A stretch of 64,000 bases of DNA from Laetmonice hystrix. Lineage: Eukaryota. The notes under the pieces are model-generated. The model made no database searches, was not told where the DNA came from, and saw only the letters and a program-made list of their open reading frames with translations. The stretch covers positions 15,626,001 through 15,690,000 of the forward strand of contig OZ249436.1 of assembly GCA_965235115.1 (NCBI GenBank). The letters are read 5' to 3'. The position numbers and the translations under genes are program-made. This document shows, one piece after another, positions 37,031 through 48,565 of this stretch. How positions within the stretch are numbered: position 1 is the first letter of the stretch; every line of letters starts with the position of its first letter.

Positions 37031-38500
37031 GGGCCCGTTTCCACCAAGCTTTTGCGTCGGCGTCGGCGTCAGCGTCGGCGTCGGCGTCGGCGTCGGCGTC
37101 GATGTCTGACGCCACTGACACGTCCCCATTAAGAACATTACCTCATGAGGACTCGCCTGCTCAACACGTGGTGCAGAAAGTTTTTAATGGGCAATTCCGT
37201 CGACACAGGAAAGCTGTACAGAAACGACCATGCAGCGCTGTACGATAAAACTGAACGGGACCACAGCGACTGCCGTTAAAGGAAGCAATAAGAACGGAAC
37301 TTGAGGTGAATGTAGATGGTACGAATTTGATTTTTTTTGCCACTCGAAGCCTACGGCCTCTCGTGGTGTACGGATCCAGCAGAAAACTTGTGGGCTATGG
37401 TATGCCCCTTCCCGTACACCGCCCTCATTACGGTCTATTTTATTATTATGTGGATTTTGTGAAGCCTGCCTTTCACAAGGGATTTTCAGCAATTAGTTAA
37501 ACATATTTGATTTCCGCTTCTGCAAATCTGACACCCAAGACACACTGAACGTATCAGCTTCGGCTCAGTTGAACATTCCGCGAATTCCTATGGTCGCTCT
37601 GTGCCCTATGGTAGAGGTGAAGTCAATATGGCTTCCTTGTGTCGGCGACTGCACCCGATGTGCGATAGCTATTTCCCACAGAGTCCGTTGATGTAGCGCA
37701 CCTGGACCAATTTTAAGTGGTCATCATAACCTGCCACACCTTCGCCACCATACCAAAGAGTGTACTATTTGACCATACCTCATGTAAAGTATTTATTGTA
37801 AGGAACTCAAATATTTCACTTGAGTCCAGACCAGAAGGGATGGAAGACCGGATTCCTTATCCGAGTCTCTTTATACTAGAGCAAAGTTATGTTAGTAATA
37901 ATATAAACAAAAACAAAAAAAAACCTAACAACTCGCAAGATCTACTGCAAGCATCACATTTGATATGGAATCATCGATGTGAATGCCAAGGTAGTACAAT
38001 GATTGGAATATTAAAAATCCATCCTCAGTCGAGAGAGACGCGGAATACCAAGATCTAATTTTAATTAGATTGACTATGGTGCTTGCATTGACAGTAAGAT
38101 CGGCTTACGAGAAAGTGTGAAAATAAAGTGTGAAAATAAAGTGCCCTTGTCCAATAATTGTGATTACGATCATGTAGGCCGTGACATTGTTTGGTCTTCA
38201 ACTCGGCATGATTCGGGGTAACCCCAAAATTCAATTGACATCCTTTATTTGCACTTAACAGTAAAACATTACACACACAATAATTATTGTGTGCTGCCTT
38301 TGAAGTCGCCATTCATGTATGTACGACGTTAATGGATGCATCCCGCCTGGCACTTCTGATGAAGAAAAACTCCGACAAGTTCTGTCCGTTGAAATACCCT
38401 TTTTCCGATGTAGTCAAAGGAATTTTGTCAGCATGCATAGAATGGTTCCCGACATTGCATGAAATCATTATCACTATAAACTTCCTCTTCTTCTCAAAGG
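37031..38500 (-). mobile_element. Possible decayed Harbinger element with transposase traces
   Basis: TTA|GGGCCCGTTTCCACC end with (CGGCGT)n; scattered minus-strand peptides resembling GAV.D-GSHI, EGAY and NSFDYI. Heavily degraded; second TIR not found. Confidence 0.3.
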
Positions 38501-39897
38501 CGAAAACTCAACAATGAGCTCGAGGATAATAAAGCGGTACCAAAAAAATGTGGTCCGAAAAACGTAGAATGCGCAATCAAGTTTTATTCTAACAAGGACA
38601 GGTTTTTTTAGTATGACAACTGTATTGATGATGTGAGAGGACAGACACGCTCAGCTTATAGAGCGGCGTGCATCTAGCCGTCTCTTGCTGATTGGGTGGT
38701 GATTGGCTTCCCATCCGTGCTGTCGCTATTACAATCAAAAGCCAATAAGACACAACCATCCGTGGTTATATGTTCATTTTTCTTGCCATAAATGTAACAT
38801 GGGCTGCATCCATTTTGCAGGTCCATAGTAGGAAAAGGTCAGGTGGCGGTATCACCCACCCGTAGTCCCCGTGTCCTTGTCACAGCATTTCCTTTTTTTG
38901 GAACCGAGAGCAGTCAGACGCCAGCATGGTACGGCTTAGGTTAACACACCTTACACCAATTGTTCGGTGTGTGTGTGGCCAGGCCGGGGTCATTTATCGC
39001 GGGCACACGGCTGAACGTACCTCCGACCACCCACACTAACGACGACGAGGCTGTAATCTTTCAGTGCCTCCTCCCAACCAGCCAGGCCAGGAAGGCAGGC
39101 AGCCTGATAAACCTGCCGGGGACCCAGACCGTCTGATCTCAGGTCGCCGGCCTGTGTGTCGTTCAGACGGTCCACACACTAGCTTTTATGTGGGAAATGT
39201 TGGTTGCTGTGTGTAACAGTTTTACGGTGGGAAATAAAAAAGGGACTTGAGTTTCGTTGGACTATACATCGCAGTTGAAAAAATTGGGCAAACTTCTTAC
39301 ATCAGTGATTTCGGGTTATTTTGAAATTTGGGAGTCGGGGGATAACTGTATTCAACTGGATAACTGATAACTGCAATCAATGAGGATATCTCGTGTCAAT
39401 GACACCAAATGAAAACATGGGCTGTAAGGTTAGATAAGGCCTTAGACTACATAAATCAATAAAATATATACCCCAAAAAATGGAAATATCTAATGAAATT
39501 CCACATTCAAGTTGCCTGTTGCCGACATTCATTGGTTCATCTCCCGATGAGTTTCATTGGCTGTTCAAGTTAATGTCAGGTTAACAAATTTTGTCAAAAA
39601 CCAGCCATAAGCCGGTCGCTTCATAGCGACAATAGGCAATTGGAATGTTGAATTTCATTAGATTTTTGGTGTCATTGAAACGAGAGATACTCGTTGATTG
39701 ATTTGGTTGATTTTGTTGATTGATTTGGTGTCATTGAAACGAGAGATACTCGTTGATTGATTTATTATAATACTGAAGTCTTCACTGGGAGCATAGGCAT
39801 ATATACCTGACTTACAGGTGCGACCTTGGTGTCGTTTTCCTGGCTGTTGGACCCTAATATAGGGTGAACCGTTTACCCAGCCTCTACCAGTTCCGAC

Positions 39898-40324
39898 CAG
39901 TGGCGTAGCTATAGGGTCCGGGCTGCAGGAGGGCACCGGGAGGGAGGGGGGGGGGCACGACAACCTGAGGGGCACACATATGCCCCTCACTCTGACGTCG
40001 AAGTATAGGGGTTCGCCCCGATGCCGGGTTTCCTCCTAGCATCTCATTATCACCCAATGGATTTCACCGACTGAGTTAGTTAACTTGTTCTCACCCTGAA
40101 ATAGCTGAAATACTGCTGACTGGGCGTTAAACACCAACTACTCACTCACTCACTCACTCACTCACTCACTCACTCACTCACTCACTCACTCACTCACGTC
40201 GAAGTCAGATTTGAGGTTTCAAAATTCTAAATGGGAGCACCTGGGGGTGGGGGGTGGCACGTAGATCTACCTCAAATGGGCGTGGGGCACGCCCCCCCCC
40301 CCCAGCCCCCTGGCTACACCACTG
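39898..40324. mobile_element. hAT-like MITE (8-bp TSD) containing a SINE insertion
   Basis: CAGTGGCGTAGC / GCTACACCACTG; flanks GTTCCGAC and GTTGCGAC (7/8 match). Confidence 0.7.
40005..40195 (+). mobile_element. 5'-truncated SINE with (ACTC)n tail
   Basis: 3' tail GCTGAAATACTGCTGACTGGGCGTTAAACACC plus about 14 ACTC units; 10-bp TSD ACGTCGAAGT at 39995-40004 and 40196-40205. Confidence 0.8.
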
Positions 40325-40621
40325 GTTGCGACGCCAGTACTATCCGGGGGTTCTCCATCACTTTACGCCAACTGCTTTTACACAATTGACTCGATGAAAA
40401 CCCGTCCCAAAAACTCTCTCTCGCCAAATCAACTCCTTCCCATCAACGTCAGGCCCGTCCGATTCTGTCATCTGTTCATCGTGTCCGAATGGGTTGGACA
40501 TCCTGCTGTCACAACGGCTCCAGACACGGCGATGATCATCATACTTATGGTTTATGGTGAGTTAAATCTCATGGCTACCGCCCGCTCGCTTCTGATCGAT
40601 GCTTCCAATGGAGACTGTGAT

Positions 40622-41132
40622 TGGACAGTCTCGTCCCCGACTGCACGGCCAGTGTCGTGTCAACACGGCGGCCCAACGGCCACCGGACAGTCTCGTCCCC
40701 GACTGAGGACGGCCAGTGTCGTGTCAACACGGCGGGCCCACGGCCACCGGACAGTCTCGTCCCCGACTGAGGACGGCCAGTGTCGTGTCAACACGGCGGC
40801 CCCACGGCCACCGGACAGTCTCGTCCCCGACTGAGGACGGCCAGTGTCGTGTCAACACGGCGGCCCCACGGCCACCGGACAGTCTCGTCCCCGACTGAGG
40901 ACGGCCAGTGTCGTGTCAACACGGCGGCCCCACGGCCACCGGACAGTCTCGTCCCCGACTGAGGACGGCCAGTGTCGTGTCAACACGGCGGCCCAACGGC
41001 CACCGGACAGTCTCGTCCCCGACTGAGGACGGCCAGTGTCGTGTTAACACGGCGGCCCCACGGCCATCGGACAGTCTCGTCCCCGACTGAGGACGGCCAG
41101 TGTCGTGTCAACACGGCGGCCCCACGGCCACC
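40622..41132. repeat. 64-bp GC-rich minisatellite, about 8 copies
   Basis: Unit GGACAGTCTCGTCCCCGACTGAGGACGGCCAGTGTCGTGTCAACACGGCGGCCCCACGGCCACC; the ORF track repeats every 64 nt. Confidence 0.95.
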
Positions 41133-42118
41133 AGCTAGACCCACCACAAACCGAACCGTCTCAGCCCGCCTCCATCTGCATACCCCACGTGAAAATTACT
41201 TAGATTAAATTAGTGACTCTGGTTTGACAAATACATAGTGAGGAGCGATTCGACAATAGTAGACCGACTGAATAGGCATGGCATTACTTTGGTGTGCACT
41301 GTATTTTGCAGTATATATATATATATGTATATGATTTAGTTTTTTGAGAAGGTGCTTAAGTTGCGATAGTAATGCTACCTAGGGTGATGGCAATGCCACC
41401 TGGCGGAGAATTAACTAGGAGATCTTCAGATCGAGGCTCCAGATCTGTCGCCATGCTGGCAAGACGTCCCAAGCGAGTTTCTTCTCACACCTAACAACAT
41501 ATAATAAAAAGTAATATAAGATGATACGATCGTAGCTCTCGTGACAAGTGTATGAAACTAGACGTCTGGGATTCAGCAAAGTTTTACTACTGAAAGGTGC
41601 TGCAGGGAGTTACATCTTCTCCACATCGTCATCCTAATCATCTCATTGTCAAAAACACGCTGAATAAGTTGACCCAAGGAATCCTCCCGGCCGAAAGTTG
41701 TTAAGAGATGACGGTGGCGTTAAGCCACCAATCACTCATCCTCGCCCTCACCTTTCGTCGCTGGCTACGTGAGCGGAGGGCCCTGTGGGAGCACATACAT
41801 TAACCTTGCTGCTGCATGGGTTATCAGTAAAATGACAGGTCATGCTATATAACACATCTCGGTGTGCCTAATAACATGCATAACAAGAAAGATGTCGCAT
41901 AATAATCCATCATTCAAGCAATAGAAAATCCCCGTATTTAGGAGTAAAGCCACTTAAATCAGGGGCACAACGTGGCTTATCACCCCTGTACTGCAAGAAC
42001 AATTATGAGGTACTCGCTGATTCAATCTATTGATCTGCGAATAATCAAAACTGGGGGTTATGAGATAGTATGGTATAGTGAGAGGTAGACACGGCCACCC
42101 TTAACAGCTCCGCGTTAA

Positions 42119-42597
42119 GGATGTGGGAGAAGTCATAGAGAATTTACCAAATGCGTCGGTTTGCTCGATTTCCACGCCGATTTCAAACCCCTGTCGCGAT
42201 GTCTACTTACAATGAAATGCCCATGTTAATGTGCATAGATTTCGCTAAATCATCGTGCAAGACATCGTCTATTCCGGAGGTGATTTTTACTGTATGGGCC
42301 TTTTGTTGTAAATTGAAACCGCCATTTCAGCTCCTCCGTCGCCATTTTGAAAGGAAGTCGGTTCCATTTGCACATGCGCAGTACCGACAAACAACAATGG
42401 CGGACAGGAACGAATCCTCGGTTCAGTATGTAAAAACGGCCGTAATATATTACAGAAGGAGCGCATTACTTCCTAAACTGTGCGCTGCACACCGTCAGAT
42501 GTAAAGGGAAGTAATCATTTATTCGTAGAGATATGAATCGGTGCCGTTTCTTTATTTGAAGGGATTTTGCAAAATCTCTATGACTCTGCCAACGACC
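42119..42597. mobile_element. MITE, possibly Kolobok-like
   Basis: AGTCATAGAGAATTTACCAAAT mirrored by ATTTTGCAAAATCTCTATGACT; flanks TTAA and TTAT. Confidence 0.55.
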
Positions 42598-44690
42598 TTA
42601 TTACGCTAGTGTATAGGGGAGAGTCAACGGCTCAGTGAGAGGGTGTCTAAAAAACACTCCTATTTCCACATACAAACAAAGAATGCAAGGAGGAAATGTG
42701 GGAATTTTGTACTATGCATTTAAAGATCATATTGAAGACCTGTTTCTCAAGAAACAAAATAAAAAGAGGTTCCCTTTATGCATGAACCTATTCATTTCAG
42801 GGTACGCTCAGCGATTATTGTCCGTAATTTGGAAGTAACGTTGTGCATGACCCTTGGGGATGTTTTCATTTGGATGGTTCGTACAAGATAATTATACCAT
42901 GCAGATGAGACGAGACTTGTTTTACAAACAACATACATTTACCGGCAGTCACAACAACCATTATTCTTATTCAGCCTATTAAAACAATTTTTAGACGCCT
43001 GGAGGGTGTCACTTAGAAAGCGGTACTTCTTCATGCGTCCAACAGCAATCACATTCCACGGATCGGCCATTATTCAGTGCCATCGAAAGAAGAAGAAAAC
43101 CCCGCGTCATCATAACAACGGTTTCATAAGAAAGAGTTCTAGGTTAACATCGGGACCGGGATATATTATCTGTTACATTGGTATTTACATTTAGGATTAC
43201 CACCAATTATCACCATCAGTCCACCAATCTATAGAGTTCGTACATAACCTACAATCCCGCTGCCAGGTCATTTGATCAAAATGCCGGAGACAATTTATTT
43301 GAGAACCCATTTTGCTGCCTTAACGCCCATTATTGCCAATGGACTAATGTCTGCACGAGCTGCGGGAAGATGTTATCACTACATTCCCACACGTAGGTCC
43401 ATGGAGACAATTGGCGACTGACCGACGACGATCAGATTGACCTTCCATTCGGAATCTGCCGACCGTCCGCAAATGGAGAACTATATAGGTACAGACGATA
43501 TCTTAAAGATCGTGCTCGATCTTGTTCAGGCTGGATTGTGCTATAGTACTGTTTGCTGATATGATCACAGCAGCGGTGAAGCCGGACTTCCTCACGAAGT
43601 TCCGCTTTAATTGAAGTGCCATCGGTGTTCCATCATGTTTTGGAGTTGAAGCTGGGTAAAAAGCTTAGTTGGCAACTACTTTAAGAGTTCAACCTCATGA
43701 ATATGTAACGTTTGACATTTCAAAGGTGTCACACCTGACATTAACAGCGCCGGGCTGTCACTGACACCTTTGCATTCGCCTTTTATGGCGAAAAGTCTGC
43801 CATGAGCGGCAAGACTTCATTTTAACCGTCATAAAAATAACCATAGTCCTGTGTTATTAGACGCAGTGGGTATATATAGGCCCTATAGGCCCTATAGTTG
43901 TCGACAGCACTGGCCACTGGGTCATTCCAGGTCAATTCAACAAGGGGTCCCCGGGTGACCCCCTCAGAATTCAACCTTTTTTTGCATACATGTACTACAA
44001 CATATATTATAAAGGTTTGCAAAATTTTAGGGCAAAATATCCAATAGTTTTGAAGATATGACCCTTTAAACATGCCTTTGGGGGGGGGGGGGGGTGCGAA
44101 TTTCGCAAGCTTTTTTCGCGTGTTATTTTTCATGTCATGTTCAAGACCCTATAACTTTTGATCCAGAAGAAGTAGAGCTCTGAAATTTTTAGTATTGATT
44201 CATCTCACAGGCTGCTATCAGATGTACATCAACAGATACTTTTTATATACTCCATAATTGCGCCTCAACAGGAACTAATCGGAAAGCGTAGTTAGTTAAT
44301 GTCAGCAGTGTAAGAGTTTTAGAAGTAACGGAGAATGCAAAATGCATGAGCCCCATTGTTGACCCACACACCAGAAACCTAGCAGCTTTGTGACACCTGA
44401 ATTTTTAGGTAGGCCTATACACAAGAATAAAACCTATTCCTATAGAACTAGCCGAGGGAATTACAATCACTTCTGCAGGTCTAAATAGTCTATTCCAATT
44501 TGAATGAGATATTTATATACAAGACATGTGTGACAGTGGGCATGTTCAGAGTCCATATATAACCTCGGCTCTGCTTCTTGACTTAAGGCCGATCTCCATC
44601 GGATGCCTGTGACGTGTCCAGTTCTCAAAAGAAGCAGTTGACCTTCGACTACGACCGGACGTGTCTATACGATGGAGGCGCACGATTTAT

Positions 44691-45050
44691 TACCTCATTT
44701 CCTCCATGGGGAAATGGGATTTTGAAAATATGTGGTTTCTTAACTATACTTCTTCTTGTTCTTGTTCTTCTTCCTCTTCTTCATTTCTTCTTCTTCTTCT
44801 GCTTCTTCTTCTTCTTCTTCTTCTTCTTCTTCTTCTTCTTCTTCTTCTTCTTCTTCTTCTTCTTCTTCTTCTTCTTCTTCTTCTGCTTCTTCTTCTGTTT
44901 CTTCTTCTGCTTCTTCTTCTTCTTCTTCTTCTTCTTCTTCTTCTGCTTCTTCTTCTGCTTCTTCTTCTGCTTCTTCTTCTTTCTTTTCTTCTTGTTCTTC
45001 GTGTTCTTCTTGTTCTTCTTCTTCTCTATTATGGGTGTAGTTAGACTGGT
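44691..45050 (+). repeat. ~280-bp (CTT)n microsatellite inside a Helentron-like 5' end fragment
   Basis: Palindrome CATTTCC..GGAAATGGGATTTTGAAA, then the CTT/CTG array (about 44749-45025), then GTAGTTAGACT as at 29949. Confidence 0.85.
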
Positions 45051-46659
45051 TTAGCTCTACGTTGCCGCTGATCGCTCGGGTCGCGCACATCCGGTGAGAT
45101 TACGGCTTTAGAGACGTCATCTCGAGCCGTGCAGGTGAAGGTCGCACATAGATCGACATCCGTTTGAGGCAACGATCCGGAATGACCCGAGTCTCTCCCA
45201 TAAGAGGAAGGCAAGTCGATCGTGACTGCAGTTGGATGCAGATGTACGACTGGACCTAGAGCCTCGCAGCCAATAGGATTACATTTAACCTGTCACGCTA
45301 TAGTCCAACCAATCTTCTTTGATTGATCTAATGGTTATATAGAAAATCTTGCAGGCCAATAGACGTAGGCCTAAAGGGCCCTAAAGGTTTCTCGTTTGAG
45401 ATAACCTGGCCTATGCCTAGATCTATAGGCCTACCATAGATAGCGAAAAGTTTAGGTAATGAAACAGATAATTCCAAGCGTAATGTTATGTGATTAATAT
45501 AGGGCTTATAAAACTGCTGCTCGTTAACAACATGTATTAGGTGTAATTAGGGTTAAATTAGGCCGCTGCCTTACTTGTTATCCACATTAACAGATGTTTC
45601 CCTAGAAAGCCTTTTAAATGGACGCTTAAACAGTAAACTCTGTTTTCAAATATATGTAGGGCCTTCCATGTAAGCTAGCACGGTATTTATATGAACAACA
45701 CATCCATCGCTTTTTAAATAAATTATTTACTTTCTTTACTAAGCTATAGTAATCAAAGTGAAAAAGGCTATATGAAAAATACAGTGAATAGACTTAGTCC
45801 CTGAATGAACAGGCCAAGATCTACACTGGATTAACTTAAACGTCTTCATGTTCCTTATGACAGAATTGTTGAAGATAATGTTCTGGGACACTGATTCTTG
45901 TCAAGATTAGCCAGCGACTACAATTAGGCCTACAATAGCGAAGCTCCGATAGGCCTACTCTGTACTTCCGCCTCACATATAGACCTATGTAAGGTCGCAG
46001 GCCTCGGGGAAGATTGGTGCTGACACTTGTAAGGGAGGAGGCAAGATATACAAAGCCAATCAGTGTACATGGCAGGGCTTCGTATCCCACACCACGTTCT
46101 CCCCTATAAGCTTATCAACGGCTGGGCGTATAACAAGCAGGTGAGAACTTTCACAACGTCGACCTTTACTGAAAGGAGAATGTAATTGTGACAAGCAGGT
46201 CGCACAGGATTAGTTCTGATACCACCTCGGAGGGTATGAGATTTTTGATAACCGTGATGTGTGTCATACTCTCAGAAATATTGATAGGTCCGTATTCTTA
46301 ACGAGACGCTTACGAAAGTCTTACATTATATTAGATCTTGTTGCAACTCAACTTTTGCACTTTGACTTGCCAAATCAAATTCGAAAAGATATAAATAATT
46401 TTAATCAAGTTGCCCGTGCAGTTATTGAAAGCATGGTGAAACATTATTACACACACTGCAATATTGAACTTTTGGCAAGTTAATATCGTTGCTGTTTTTT
46501 TTTGTCGGCCTTGTACTGTTGCGGCAACCATTTCCCGCGAAGCACTAACACATATTAGTATATAAAATGGGACATTTGCGACGGTATAATCGTTTAAGAA
46601 AGTCAATATATATATTAATCTAGAGTTATTAACGCTTTTACATAGAGGGATTCGAACTA

Positions 46660-47253
46660 TAGAGTGAGTCAAAAAAAAAAACTAGACACTTCTTAAAAGG
46701 CCCATTGTTTTATTGTGTACCAATATATACAATATATTTTTTCTTGTACTTATGGAGCAATTCGTCCTGCATCTTTTGGTACCAGTCATGCTTGATTGGT
46801 TTTCATGCATGACCGCACAGGAGACAATTAAGGGACAAGGGTGAAATCTGACCTGCGCCAACTGACCAGAGCTGGGTATGAACAAAAATCAACCAAGGCT
46901 CTTTGCTGAGGAGTGAATTGTGGACGCACCATACTGCTGCAGTGCCAAGAAGGCCTAATGAGGCCTATGGGCAAGTGTGTGTGATTTGAATTAACTGATT
47001 AAACCAGGGGCATGAAAATTACTTGGCTATCCATTTCATGTCCAGCTCTGATCAGTTGGCGCAGGTCAGATTTCACCCTTGTCTCTTAATTGTCTCCTGT
47101 GCGGTCACGCATGAAAACTAACCAAGCATGACTCGTACCAAAGGATGCAGGAAGGGTTGCTGCATAAGTACAAGCAAAAATATATTGTATATATTGGTAC
47201 ACAATAAAAAAATGGGCCTTTTCAAAAGTGTCTAGTTTTTTTGACTCACCCTG
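46660..47253. mobile_element. Tc1/mariner-like MITE with ~210-bp TIRs
   Basis: TA|TAGAGTGAGTCAAAA..CTAGACACTT mirrored by AAGTGTCTAG..TTGACTCACCCTG|TA. Confidence 0.85.
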
Positions 47254-48232
47254 TATAGAGGCAAGCCTGAGATTATAAAGGCGAGCACAGACGAGTATGG
47301 GTAACAGCATGATGTCTGAAACTAGAAGCACTCAAGACGGCACAAGACTGACAGAAATGATGTGGCGTTTGACAGCACAGCGTCTCTGGATCTCCACTCA
47401 TAAAAGGACAAATGACGGGTGAGGTCAAGCCAGCTATACGTGCTGCTCGGCTCACGTCACTAAGCGGAGTGGTGGTCAGCTTGGTTATCGGGTGGCGGCC
47501 AAGAAGTCATGTTTGCCGTCAGAGAGTGCCACAGGCCCAGGTTGTCTGACCTTTGCCGTCGCCGGTCACGTTACACGGACACTTAATGTGATTGCCTTGA
47601 GCGCGCAATTCCACGGCACCAGCATCCACATATTATATAGTCCGAAGGCTGCGTGGAGAAAGGCGGAAGGATTCAAGAGACCGGCATGTCGTCTCTAGGC
47701 TGGGGACACCCAAACTCCATGGAGCTACTATTTTACGACTCTGTGCCAGAACAATTTTGTGAACGGTAAATACTGGGAAACACAAACGTTTGCGGTGTAA
47801 CTTGTATCTCACCAACGGGGTATATATAGGGCCTATAGAACATCATGACATAATGGCAATTATTACATTTTGGAAGTGTTCTGCAGGAATAGGATTTTTG
47901 TTTTTGGTTCAACCGGAAGAGGCCAGCGCCATCTAGTGCTGGGGAAAGGAACTTATCCGAGAGCCAATCAGCTGAATCATCCTTCCATCGACCGGTTGGC
48001 ACACTTGGCTTTCCTCGTGGCTGAAATTTTTGCTGAAAGTAATACCCGTTTCCAAACATTTAATGTAGTAAATCGAAGGGGTTCTCCTATTTTCATAATT
48101 CAGAGGTAGGCCTAATCTACTTCAGTTCGTATCCGTTGAGGGTAACCTTCTTGTCTATGAAAATCAAAAGAATCATGTCAGTATTAAATGACCATTTACA
48201 ACATACCGCATTTTGTCATAGACCCCTTACAT

Positions 48233-48565
48233 TACGGTGGCCGGTTAGTGCCAATGGCGAATACAAATAGGAAATGACGAATACAAATACAAACGGCGTT
48301 CACCAAAGCAACACGACGAATACAAAAGTAAAACAACGAATGCAAAGAAAACAAGAAATAAAAAAGGGAAACCAAACCGTTAGTTCAACCCCTTCCTATT
48401 TGGGCTCGTCCATGGTGCGGCCCTGAATGAATTTGTATTCGTCGTTTTTGAGTTTTTGGTCGCCGTTTTTAATTTGTAAACACCGTTTTAAATTTGTAAT
48501 CATCGTTTCGTATTTGTGCTCATCGTATTGCTTTTGCGTTCGTCGTTTTGCTTTTGTATTGCAGC
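48233..48565. mobile_element. Partial IS3EU-type element (left end TACGGTGGCC plus inverted CGAATACAAA repeats)
   Basis: First 9 nt (TACGGTGGC) identical to the 9231 element; right terminus and TSD not found. Confidence 0.45.

Noticed and set aside
40394..41208. Series of 60-146 aa ORFs
   Set aside because: Frame-rotating translations of the 64-bp repeat.
44614..45090. Poly-F, poly-L, poly-S and poly-E ORFs
   Set aside because: Readings of the (CTT)n microsatellite.
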